This document shows positions 52,644 to 61,954 of a stretch of DNA of 64,000 nucleotides, piece after piece (the stretch's first letter is position 1; the number at the start of each line of letters is the position of its first letter). The notes beneath the pieces are model-generated. The model did not search any database and was not told the DNA's origin. It saw only the letters and a list, made by a program, of their open reading frames with translations. Source of the stretch: Thermodesulfobacteriota bacterium (GTDB taxonomy: Bacteria; Desulfobacterota_D; UBA1144; Nemesobacterales; UBA2774). The position numbers were made by a program, and so were the translations under genes. The DNA is taken from positions 1,312,001-1,376,000 of the forward strand of contig OY729416.1 of the NCBI GenBank assembly GCA_963422265.1, written 5' to 3'.

Positions 52644-54614
52644 ATGAAACTTAAACAATATACCGTTAAAGAATTCCAAAGCGTCTGGGATTCAGGGGCC
52701 ATCAAAATAGAAGACAAGATAACGTGTCTTGTCGGCAAAAATGAAGCCGGGAAAACGGCTTTGCTTAAAGCTCTTTATCGCACTAACCCTGTTACTCAAG
52801 ATGACAATGTCTTTGATATAACTTACGACTACCCGAAACGTGAAGTGGAGGATTACAGTATTGCGGTTGATAGTAACGAACGAGAAAAGGCTGTGGTGGT
52901 GTCGTGCGAATATGAACTTGAAGACAAGGATATGGAGCACATTCATGAGCATCTTGGTTCTGGGACTTTGAAGCAGAAGACCTTTCAGGTAGAAACATAT
53001 TATGGCGATGATAAAAGCAGGTATGTTCTGGATGTGGATGAAGGGAAGGCAAGACAGCATCTTGCGAGTAACCCAAATCTTGTAGAATCGTTAAAGAGTA
53101 AATTGAGAGATGCGAATGATTGGAATAGGTTCGCTGCTGTGCTTAACAAAGAAGTTGAGTCTATAGGTGCCATTTCAGAGATAAAAAATTTAGTTAAAAA
53201 TATCAATGAACAGGGCTTGTCATCCTACATTGCTGAAAAATGGATACAGCCACATATACCGAAATTTCTCTACTTTGATGAATACTATCAAATGCAGGGT
53301 TGCACAAATCTGGATGCGCTTATTGGGCGAGAAAGCCAAAATCAACTTGAAAATTCGGATTGTCCTCTAATCGGTTTAATCAATCTTGCTCGCCTTGATC
53401 TTCATACACTGACGAAGATAAGCAACACCACAGAACTAAAAAATAAACTTGAGAGTGCGAGTAACTATTTGACAAAACAAATAATTAGTTATTGGTCACA
53501 AAACAAGCATATTAGGATGATATTTGACGTGCGCCCTGGAATGTCGAGCGACCCTGAAGGGATGCGGCAAGGTATGAATATCTGGAGCGCAGTCTATGAT
53601 TCTGTTCATCTTGCGAGTACGCCTCTCAGCTCTCGGTCAAAGGGTTTTGTATGGTTCTTCTCCTTTATTGCCTGGTATGAAGATATTAAACGGAAGAAAG
53701 GAAATGTCATCCTCTTGCTGGATGAACCTGGTTTGTCCTTGCATGGCAGGGCGCAGGGCGATTTGCTCAGGTATTTTGAGGAAGGGTTGTCAGAGCATCA
53801 ACTTATCTATTCGACGCATTCTCCTTTTATGATAGACCCGCGAAGGTTCGAACGAATACGGATTGTTCAAGATTCAGGAATTGACACTGATAAACAGCTT
53901 CCGAAGGAAGAAGATGGCACCAAGGTTCTATCCGATGTTTTTGCCGCCACCAGCGACAGTTTGTTTCCTCTTCAAGGCGCTCTTGGCTATGAAATACAAC
54001 AAACTCTGTTTGTAGGCCCAAATGTGCTTATCGTGGAAGGTCCTTCTGACATGCTTTTCCTTTCAGCGATATCCGGTCAGATGGAACGCGAAGGACGCAT
54101 CGGGTTGTCGGAGAAATGGGTTATTACACCTGTTGGTGGTAGTGGGAAGATTCCTACTTTTGTTTCATTGCTGACATCCCAGAGAGGTTTAAATATTGCT
54201 ACTCTTCTGGATGTTCAAAATAAAGACCGTCAACAAATCGAAGTAATGTATCAGAAAAAGATGCTCAAGAAAAAACAAGTACTTACTTACGCAGAATTTC
54301 TAAACCGGAACGAGGCAGATATTGAAGATATTTTTGAACGAAACTTTTATATCAATCTTGTTAATCAAGAATTCAAGAAGGAACTTGCTGATAAGCAGAT
54401 TGAGGTGAAAATGCTTAATGAAAAAGAACCACGCACAGTTCGAGCGATAGAAAAATATCTTGAAAAAAATCCATTTATATCAGGTTCGTTCAGCCACTAT
54501 CGCCCGGCTCGATATTTTATGGAACATGTTGATGATTTGTGGAGAGACTTGCCAACAAAATCAAAAGATTACTTTGAAGATATTTTCAAGAGACTTAATG
54601 AAATGCTGAAATAA
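52644..54614 (+). CDS. OLD-family-like ABC ATPase with TOPRIM nuclease domain
   Basis: Walker A GKNEAGKT, SKGF signature, LLLDEPGLSLH, YSTHSP; TOPRIM-like IVEGPSD, LLD, DIED. Confidence 0.8.
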   Translation: MKLKQYTVKEFQSVWDSGAIKIEDKITCLVGKNEAGKTALLKALYRTNPVTQDDNVFDITYDYPKREVEDYSIAVDSNEREKAVVVSCEYELEDKDMEHIHEHLGSGTLKQKTFQVETYYGDDKSRYVLDVDEGKARQHLASNPNLVESLKSKLRDANDWNRFAAVLNKEVESIGAISEIKNLVKNINEQGLSSYIAEKWIQPHIPKFLYFDEYYQMQGCTNLDALIGRESQNQLENSDCPLIGLINLARLDLHTLTKISNTTELKNKLESASNYLTKQIISYWSQNKHIRMIFDVRPGMSSDPEGMRQGMNIWSAVYDSVHLASTPLSSRSKGFVWFFSFIAWYEDIKRKKGNVILLLDEPGLSLHGRAQGDLLRYFEEGLSEHQLIYSTHSPFMIDPRRFERIRIVQDSGIDTDKQLPKEEDGTKVLSDVFAATSDSLFPLQGALGYEIQQTLFVGPNVLIVEGPSDMLFLSAISGQMEREGRIGLSEKWVITPVGGSGKIPTFVSLLTSQRGLNIATLLDVQNKDRQQIEVMYQKKMLKKKQVLTYAEFLNRNEADIEDIFERNFYINLVNQEFKKELADKQIEVKMLNEKEPRTVRAIEKYLEKNPFISGSFSHYRPARYFMEHVDDLWRDLPTKSKDYFEDIFKRLNEMLK

Positions 54615-54750
54615 TGACCCCTGCCCTTGAAACCATATCCCAATCCCTAAACTACGGAGACCTGCCTGAAACATGGCGTGTGCCAGATATTGAACGGTTT
54701 TCACCTGATAAAACGCTTTACGATTATCAGGAAGACTCACTGAGAAACGC
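54614..54750 (+). repeat. Direct repeat B copy 1 (5' end of res)
   Basis: Ungapped match to 57107-57243, offset 2493. Confidence 0.95.
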
Positions 54751-55084
54751 TCACTATCAAGATGGCGAGCAGCTTGAAATAGACAGCATGAAATCACCGT
54801 TTGAACAATACGTTTTCTTCGGGGACGACAAGCTCGCCCACGCCGTCAAGCTCTCGAAGAAACCTAGCAAGGACGGTAAACTGAAAATCAACCTGCGCAG
54901 CCTCTACGCGGATATCGACATCGCCGAGTCCCTCTCCAACGTCCTCGGCAAACCTATCCGCAAACGTACTGCCGACAGTGCAACCTTCACCGACGGCACT
55001 ACCAAAAAAATCAACCCCGCAAAGATGACGGCAGCAGAACAACAGGATTTCATCTCTCTCATCAAACCCTATCTGTGGGGGGGG
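54738..55084 (+). repeat. Direct repeat A copy 2 (3' end of mod)
   Basis: Matches 52261-52607 with scattered substitutions. Confidence 0.95.
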
Positions 55085-55156
55085 TTGAACAACAAAGCGT
55101 TGTGTTTGTTTTTCTGTTTTTTTTAGTGTTATACGGTATAATTTTCTTGAAAGAAA

Positions 55157-56560
55157 ATGCCATTCAAGCTAAAAATAGAGAACTTTGGAAAATTATCTGA
55201 TGCAGAAATCCACATTGGGCAATTTACTGTATTTGCTGGACCTAATAACACAGGCAAAAGTTCTGTCTCGAAATTGCTTTATTCACTGTTTGATGGAATG
55301 AACGCTAACCATGCTTTAGTGTATATCAATAATTTGATACACCCATTGCGGAGAGGTTTGGGTAGATCAAGAAGATGGTTATATGACGATGGACATGAGA
55401 AGGAGGGACTGTTTCAAAAGAGGTTTCTACTTTCCTTAAAGGATGAGATAGATAAAATAGAGTACCTCGTCCGGTCATGGTCTATTGATAATTTTGAGCA
55501 AATTGAGAAAGAGTTACCTAAGCTTTGTGATTATATAAAAAGGATACGCGAATTATATGAAGGGTTTAATCAAAAGCAATTACCACAACGGGAATCAAAA
55601 TCTTCCTCTGCTGTTTATTCTGATTTTGAGAGTTTAGGAAATTCATTAAATGAACTATATGAAGAGATTAAAGAAGTAGGTGCCGAGGATGTTGTTAAAA
55701 ATGGCGTAAGACAGAAAATATTTCAAAATATAATTCAGAATTTTCAAGTATCTGACCTTTCATCCCTGGCAACACAACAAGAACATCCGTCTAAAGTTTC
55801 TATTGATGGCATTGGCAATTTTAAGTTTAGGAACAGTGACACTGTTAATTTCGACATTAAAATTCCTGGACTGCAACAACTACAAAATTACTCAAGAGTG
55901 ATATATCTAGAATCGCCTGTTTACTGGAAGTTGAAGTCTGCTCTGGAAGACATTCAGATAAACCCACGTTTTTTCCGTTCTATGGGCAGACATAGACGGA
56001 ACGGAGTCCCTGGATATTTCTATGATTTGGCAAGTGCTCTAAGATCAGAGTATGCCGGTGATATTGCTTTTCCTAATTTGTATCAAAAGTTAACTTCAGA
56101 AGACGTTGTAGGCGGAAAAATCTCGGTCTCTGAAACTGGAGAGGTGAATTTTCAGGAAAATGGACGCAGTTTTTCATTACATCTGACCGCAATGGGAGTG
56201 GTCAACCTTGGCATCATAGCATTGCTTATTGAACGCAAGATTATAGATAAAGGAACCTTTCTTTTCATTGATGAGCCAGAAGCTCATTTGCATCCAGCTT
56301 GGCAGGTGATCATGGCTGAGACTTTGTTTGAATTGGCAAAAGGAGGGGTAAATGTTGTCATTGCCACTCACAGCGCAGATATTCTCAAGTGGTTGGAAGT
56401 GCATTTAAAAAAGAACCCCGATGATGAGCATCTGGTTGCCTTGAATAAATTTCCGGCCAATGGTAAGGAGATAGACAGACAGGATTTCAGCGATAAAATA
56501 GCATCTATCAAGCAAGAATTGACCAAACCTTTTGCTGATCTATACCTGGAAGGGATATGA
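55157..56560 (+). CDS. ABC/AAA ATPase (AAA_15/AAA_21 type)
   Basis: IENFGKL, Walker A GPNNTGKS, AMGV signature, FIDEPEAHLHP, IATHS; TATAAT at 55137-55142 upstream. Confidence 0.85.
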   Translation: MPFKLKIENFGKLSDAEIHIGQFTVFAGPNNTGKSSVSKLLYSLFDGMNANHALVYINNLIHPLRRGLGRSRRWLYDDGHEKEGLFQKRFLLSLKDEIDKIEYLVRSWSIDNFEQIEKELPKLCDYIKRIRELYEGFNQKQLPQRESKSSSAVYSDFESLGNSLNELYEEIKEVGAEDVVKNGVRQKIFQNIIQNFQVSDLSSLATQQEHPSKVSIDGIGNFKFRNSDTVNFDIKIPGLQQLQNYSRVIYLESPVYWKLKSALEDIQINPRFFRSMGRHRRNGVPGYFYDLASALRSEYAGDIAFPNLYQKLTSEDVVGGKISVSETGEVNFQENGRSFSLHLTAMGVVNLGIIALLIERKIIDKGTFLFIDEPEAHLHPAWQVIMAETLFELAKGGVNVVIATHSADILKWLEVHLKKNPDDEHLVALNKFPANGKEIDRQDFSDKIASIKQELTKPFADLYLEGI

Positions 56561-57123
56561 CTGCGCTTGCAAAATTCTTGGAGAAGATTGATGTTGCTGG
56601 TAAGACTCTTGGATATCAGGCATATCGTATGGATGGCAACTCACCAAAGCCTGATATGAGGAAATATGTCGGCTTGGGTACTTGTAACTGCTGCGATTAT
56701 TTCATGTTCAGCAAGAAGGAAAACATTACAGTCTTGATTGAAGAAACCAAGCTCAACGAGCAAATCAAGGATTTGAAAGGTGAATACCGTTATTTTGAGG
56801 TTAAGGACCTAACCGAGTTTGTCAGGAAGTACATCCGAAATGAAAACAAACTGAAAGTCTATGGGTCAATGCTCGTATTGTGTCGCTTGGCTACTGCATG
56901 TAAAAATGTGACACGTCTTCTGCAAACGAAAAAATACAAGTTTTGGCTCGTCGTCAGCGATGAGCGTCGTGTTGTCGAGGATGCAAAATGGTTGGATCAC
57001 CTCACAAAGGATCTGAAAGATGATCTGAAAAGTGTCTTATCAAAAAAACTTGTAGATGATGTTAAGATCATACCATCCGGCAAATTTGTTGAAAAGCTAT
57101 CGCAATATGCAACCCTTTCTTGA
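56557..57123 (+). CDS. Hypothetical ATPase partner, possible PD-(D/E)xK-like nuclease
   Basis: ATGA overlap with the ATPase; CDY...VLIEETK pattern; 188 aa. Confidence 0.55.
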   Translation: MTALAKFLEKIDVAGKTLGYQAYRMDGNSPKPDMRKYVGLGTCNCCDYFMFSKKENITVLIEETKLNEQIKDLKGEYRYFEVKDLTEFVRKYIRNENKLKVYGSMLVLCRLATACKNVTRLLQTKKYKFWLVVSDERRVVEDAKWLDHLTKDLKDDLKSVLSKKLVDDVKIIPSGKFVEKLSQYATLS

Positions 57124-57243
57124 AACCATTGCTCAAACCTTAAACTACGGAGACCTGCCTGAAACGTGGCGTGTGCCAGATATTGACCGGTTTTCACCTG
57201 ACAAAACGCTTTACGATTATCAGAAAGACGCACTGAGAAATGC
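57107..57243 (+). repeat. Direct repeat B copy 2 (5' end of res)
   Basis: Matches 54614-54750. Confidence 0.95.
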
Positions 57244-60053
57244 GGCGCGTGCGCTGTATCTCTACTATGAAAAATCGCACGATTGGCGTTGCACCGAACA
57301 GCAGGATACGATTAACAGGCGCAAGCAGGATTTTGCTAACAGATACGCCACCTCTCAAATTGGCGACTTCACGATAAAAAAATTATGAAAGTAATGCAGA
57401 CAGAAGAAACCAGCGACGAAATCCCGTGTTCCGTATTCTTTCCGAATATATAACCCCATTTGGCGAAGAGATTCTCTATTCACAACTAATCAATCGTATG
57501 TGCTTCTGGATGGCAACGGGAAGCGGAAAAACGCTTGTTATGGTTAAACTGATTGAGTATCTCCACTCTTTGATACAACACAGGGAAATCTCGCCGCATA
57601 ATATTCTTATTCTTGCGCCAAGCGATCACCTAATCAAACAGATACAACGAGCTGTAGATGAGTTCAATCAGGTTGGATTACATATTGATCTTATTCCGCT
57701 ACGTGAAAGACACCACAAGCACCAGGGACGGCTTGGTAACGCGACAACTGTTTATTACCACCGCAGTGATAACATTTCCGATGTTCAGAAAGATGCGCTG
57801 ACCGATTATCGCGGTTATGAAAACGGTGGGAAGTGGTACGTGTTTTTGGACGAAGCGCACAAGGGAGGCAAGGAAGACTCAAAACGGCAGGCTTATTATG
57901 CAGTCATGGCACGCGATGGGTTCTTATTTAATTTTTCGGCGACTTTCACTGACCCCCAGGACATTGTAACAACAGTCAAAAAATACAATTTACAGGAGTT
58001 TGTTAAAAACGGTCACGGCAAAAACATCTACCTGAACGATGTAGAATACAACGCTTTCAAAAACAGGGTAGAAGAAATAAGCCACGATAAAAGACGTAAG
58101 ATCGTTTTGAAATCACTCATAACGCTAGCTTATGTTTGCCTGCGCATTAAAGAACTCCGCAGATATACGGGTTTGGAGGAAAAACTATATCACCTACCCC
58201 TTATGCTGACCCTTGTTAATTCAGTCAATACAAACATTGAAAACGAAAGAAACGACTTATGGGCGTTTTTCCAAACCTTGCGTGAAATTGCGAGTGGAGA
58301 GATTGATGAGGCGATTTTCCAAACGTTAAAAGATGAACTGGTTAATGATTGGAGCAAGGGGAGTATGCTCTTTGGAGAGGACGCCGGGGGAATTATCGGA
58401 ACGGATAAAACCTCTGTTACTGAAATGGAGATTGCCGATCTGCGAAAGAGTGTATTCTTGAGCAGTGAAAAGGGATCGCTGCAACTCATCCGCAGCAATG
58501 ATAATAAAGAGCTTGCATTTCAGATGAAAAATGCAGATGATCCGTTCGCGCTGATACGCATAGGAGATACGTCAAAGTGGCGCAAAGACCTTCTTGTCGG
58601 ATATGAGGAGACGTCAACTCTTAGGGAAGAATCTTTTTTTGATGATTTGGAGCAGAGTAGCATAACGATACTGATGGGTTCGCGATCGTTCTTTGAAAGC
58701 TGGGATTCAAACCGTCCAAATGTGATTAACTTTATAAACATTGGAGGGGCAGATGCAAAGAAATTCGTTGTTCAATCCGTAGGCCGCGGCGTGCGGATTG
58801 AGACGCTTCGCGGCAAGCGCCGCCGTTTAGCTTTTCTGTCGAGCAATGACGCAGATGAAAAAATCCTACAAAGTTGTCACGACCGCGTGCAACCTGCGGA
58901 GACACTGTTCCTGTTTGCTACGAACCGAAATGCGGTGAAATCCGTTCTGGAAGGACTACAAGCAGAAAAAATCGGCGTCTTTGAAAGGATTGAAGGCTTT
59001 GCGAAGTCGGAAAAACCAAAAGTCAACGGCAAAGAGATGCCTCTTCTCATTCCTGAATACAAAGACGTAAAAGGCAATGACGCGAGACGGGCAAAGTTTG
59101 CGATGAGCAATGAAACCCTGAACAGGTTTAAGGGGTGGGTTCAAGGCACTTCTGACTCAGTGTTTGCCGTTCGTGATAACCTTTCAATAGAAGAAATACA
59201 AGGTTTGCGTGACACAACAGAAGGACAGAACGTCCAGATAAAACCAGAGAAGAGTTACGTAAGCCTTTCCTTTCTTCAAAATCGTATTACGTCTCACCTT
59301 GCAAAAATGGGAAAAACGACCGACCAAGTGCGAGAATTGAATGAATATGAGGACATTGTTCACTTCCGTCAGATTCGCATTCATGCTGAGTACGTTAGTA
59401 AACTTCAAGAGAAGGTCTGTCAGGTTAAAAAAGGAAAACTTTCAGACGAAGAACTCACAGAATTGTTTGAGCAGTTTCAGAGAAAAGAGATAACAAGAGA
59501 AGAATATGACAACAGGTCTTCTGGAAAAACGCAGGAGACCTTCAAAGACTTGACCATCAAAAAATTACTTGGTCATTATTACCTGCCTGTCATATTAGGA
59601 GACGAAAAGGCACATTACATAAAGCACATAATCAAGGTCAAAAGCGAAATTGACTTTTTAACTGCTCTTGAAGAGTGGGTGGGGAAGAATGAAGTTAACT
59701 GTGATGGCTGGATGTTCAGCAAGATAGACGAGGGGTTGGATAACGTTCATATTCCCTACTATGACTCGAGTAAAAATGAATATCGCCGTTTCCTGCCTGA
59801 TTTTGTTTTTTGGACATGTAGAGATGATGAATACCGCATTGTTTTTGTTGACCCCAAAGGAGTAGAGCATGCATCCTCTTATCGTAAGATTGACGGCTAT
59901 AGACAACTTTTCATCAAAGACAACGCGTTCAGGATCTTCAATTATGGCAAGCACAAGGTTTCAGTAGCCCTTTTGTTTTATAATCCCCAAAGCAATCCTT
60001 TAGATTATTATACGAATTTCTGGATTGAAAGCCCATCTCAAATATTTGTATAA
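57107..60053 (+). pseudogene. res: Type III R-M restriction subunit (Res), split by a +1 frameshift at the A7 run 57376-57382
   Basis: LYDYQ Q-motif in the 5' piece; removing one base gives ...YESNADRRNQRRNPVFRIL into the ORF with ATGSGKT, DEAH, FSAT, QSVGRGVR and PDF...DPK nuclease motif. Confidence 0.85.
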
Positions 60054-60264
60054 CAGGAAAAATGGCTTGGCGATTTTGGTCAACATATGTATTGACGTTT
60101 GATATTTGGTTTTAAGAAATTTGCTGCTAAATCGGTCTCATAAAACGGTTTTTTAAGAGTCCATTAAGCTCCGTTTAACACAGTTTTGAATGTGGATTAA
60201 AGGTGCTTTATTGTATGGCGGGGTTTTTCCAATTTTTGGGTTATTGTATTTACTATAGCTAGGG

Positions 60265-61413
60265 CTATTCGCGTTTAACCCCACTTAGCTCTTGAAGTAA
60301 GGATTCGAGAGTTTCCAACTTGATCTCATACTGTTCAGATATTCTGTTGAGTTCAGCTTGGCGTAAATCAAATCTTGGATAAGTGTTGTTGTTGACAGAG
60401 AATTCAGGCTCGAGCGCATCGGTTTTTAGCGCAAGTTGCGCCACGTCCCACCTCGAATAATGTCCTAGAGAATCAAAAACGGCTTTCACCGCTTTTATCT
60501 GATTAGCGTAGCATTCCGCATACAAGATCGCGTCCTTCTCAAAATTAGGCTCTGCCAAATATCGCCCGGCGGGGTTTACTATTGAGCTCCCCCCAAGAGC
60601 CCAGTCGTAGTTTATGTGATCGCCGTCGCGTATATAATGCCACTTCTCCGGAAAATCCTCAGAAGACAGGTATCCACAACCACTTAGGACGAACGCCCCT
60701 GCCTCAAACGCATGGACTTTTATTAACGATTGCAAGTTGCATAAGGCTCCACCTGGGCTCGTATCGGCTTCAAGCAATTTTTCCGACCCCCTCTTCCAGT
60801 TGCCTGGCCATACTGCTATATGAAACTCTTCGCCCCTGTGAATCATCGCCGATCTGACTAGCGGCATGTGGTTTTCCCAACATATAAGTCCCCCTATGCG
60901 CCCTATTTCCGTATCAAAAACTTTTATATCGCTGCCATCTCCCATGCCCCAATATATCCTTTCGGTATAGGTAGGCATCAGCTTTCTATGCTTTCCCATA
61001 ACCTGCCCTTGATTATCTATAAATAGAAGCGCGTTATAGACCGTTTGGCTTCCATATCTGTCATCTAGCTCGTTGAATCCTATTACCACGTAACAGTTTG
61101 CCTCTTTTGCGGCATTTCCAAGCAAGTCGGTGTCTTCACTGGGAACAACTATGGAGTTATCCTGAAGTGCAATCATAAAGTCCGTCCACTCATGCGGAGG
61201 GGTTTCGTATCCAACAGTGTAATACGCTGGATAGCCGGGTATGAAGGCTTCTGAAAAGCTTACTAGCTCGGCGCCGTTCTTTCCTGCATCCCTGATCAGA
61301 CCACATGCTTTCTGCACTGTCTTTTCCCTATCCATGAAGACGGGAGAGGCTTGAACAACGGCTACCTTAACCTTTTCCTTACCCCCTAGAATTTTGCTGT
61401 TCATTGAGTTCAT
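60265..61413 (-). CDS. Nitrilase (carbon-nitrogen hydrolase)
   Basis: Glu-Lys-Cys triad: FSEAFIPGYP, HRKLMPT, ICWEN; DSLGHYSR. Confidence 0.92.
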   Translation of the reverse strand: MNSMNSKILGGKEKVKVAVVQASPVFMDREKTVQKACGLIRDAGKNGAELVSFSEAFIPGYPAYYTVGYETPPHEWTDFMIALQDNSIVVPSEDTDLLGNAAKEANCYVVIGFNELDDRYGSQTVYNALLFIDNQGQVMGKHRKLMPTYTERIYWGMGDGSDIKVFDTEIGRIGGLICWENHMPLVRSAMIHRGEEFHIAVWPGNWKRGSEKLLEADTSPGGALCNLQSLIKVHAFEAGAFVLSGCGYLSSEDFPEKWHYIRDGDHINYDWALGGSSIVNPAGRYLAEPNFEKDAILYAECYANQIKAVKAVFDSLGHYSRWDVAQLALKTDALEPEFSVNNNTYPRFDLRQAELNRISEQYEIKLETLESLLQELSGVKRE

Positions 61414-61414
61414 A

Positions 61415-61807
61415 TCAGGAAATTATTATGTTTCCCTGAGCGCCGCGCTGCGCATCTGTCTTCCGAGCCGTTTTAGTGGCTCTGGAACCTATTAACGAAA
61501 GGAGCTTATTCTTAAAATCCTCTTCATAGTCGCATATAGAAGGTATGATATAACCTAGCATAGCTATCTGTAGGAAGTACTCGGTGTTTGCCAAAAGGTG
61601 ATCCTCCTGCATCCGCTCTCCATACATTTGTTTCAAATTCGTATATATAGTGTTTCCGAGCTCACCCGTAACTTCCGTCACACTTTTGGTGCCCTGAGTT
61701 TGCTGATTGAAAGACACCCCCAGGTTAAAAGCCATCAATATGGATTTTTCCATATTGCCCTGCTCGGGTTGGGCTTTGGAACTATTTGTTTGTTCTTGGT
61801 CTGACAT
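61415..61807 (-). CDS. Hypothetical protein in operon with the nitrilase
   Basis: GGAGG RBS before ATG 61807; stop 1 nt from the nitrilase start. Confidence 0.65.
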   Translation of the reverse strand: MSDQEQTNSSKAQPEQGNMEKSILMAFNLGVSFNQQTQGTKSVTEVTGELGNTIYTNLKQMYGERMQEDHLLANTEYFLQIAMLGYIIPSICDYEEDFKNKLLSLIGSRATKTARKTDAQRGAQGNIIIS

Positions 61808-61954
61808 GTTAGTTACCTCCTTGAAATTCAAACTATTCTAACACATTGTAAAGTTAAATGCTCGGAACTTACTCATCAACTTGCGTTAACTTGCGTTTGA
61901 TTTGCATTCTTAAAAGTGTAAGAGTATTGGCAGATACTAAATGGAGGCGTAGAA

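Larger units (their letters stand above)
54614..55126 (+). pseudogene. In-frame chimera: first ~41 codons of res fused to last ~115 codons of mod
   Basis: N-part matches Res start at 57107; from LRNAHYQDGEQ on it matches the Mod C-terminus. Confidence 0.9.
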
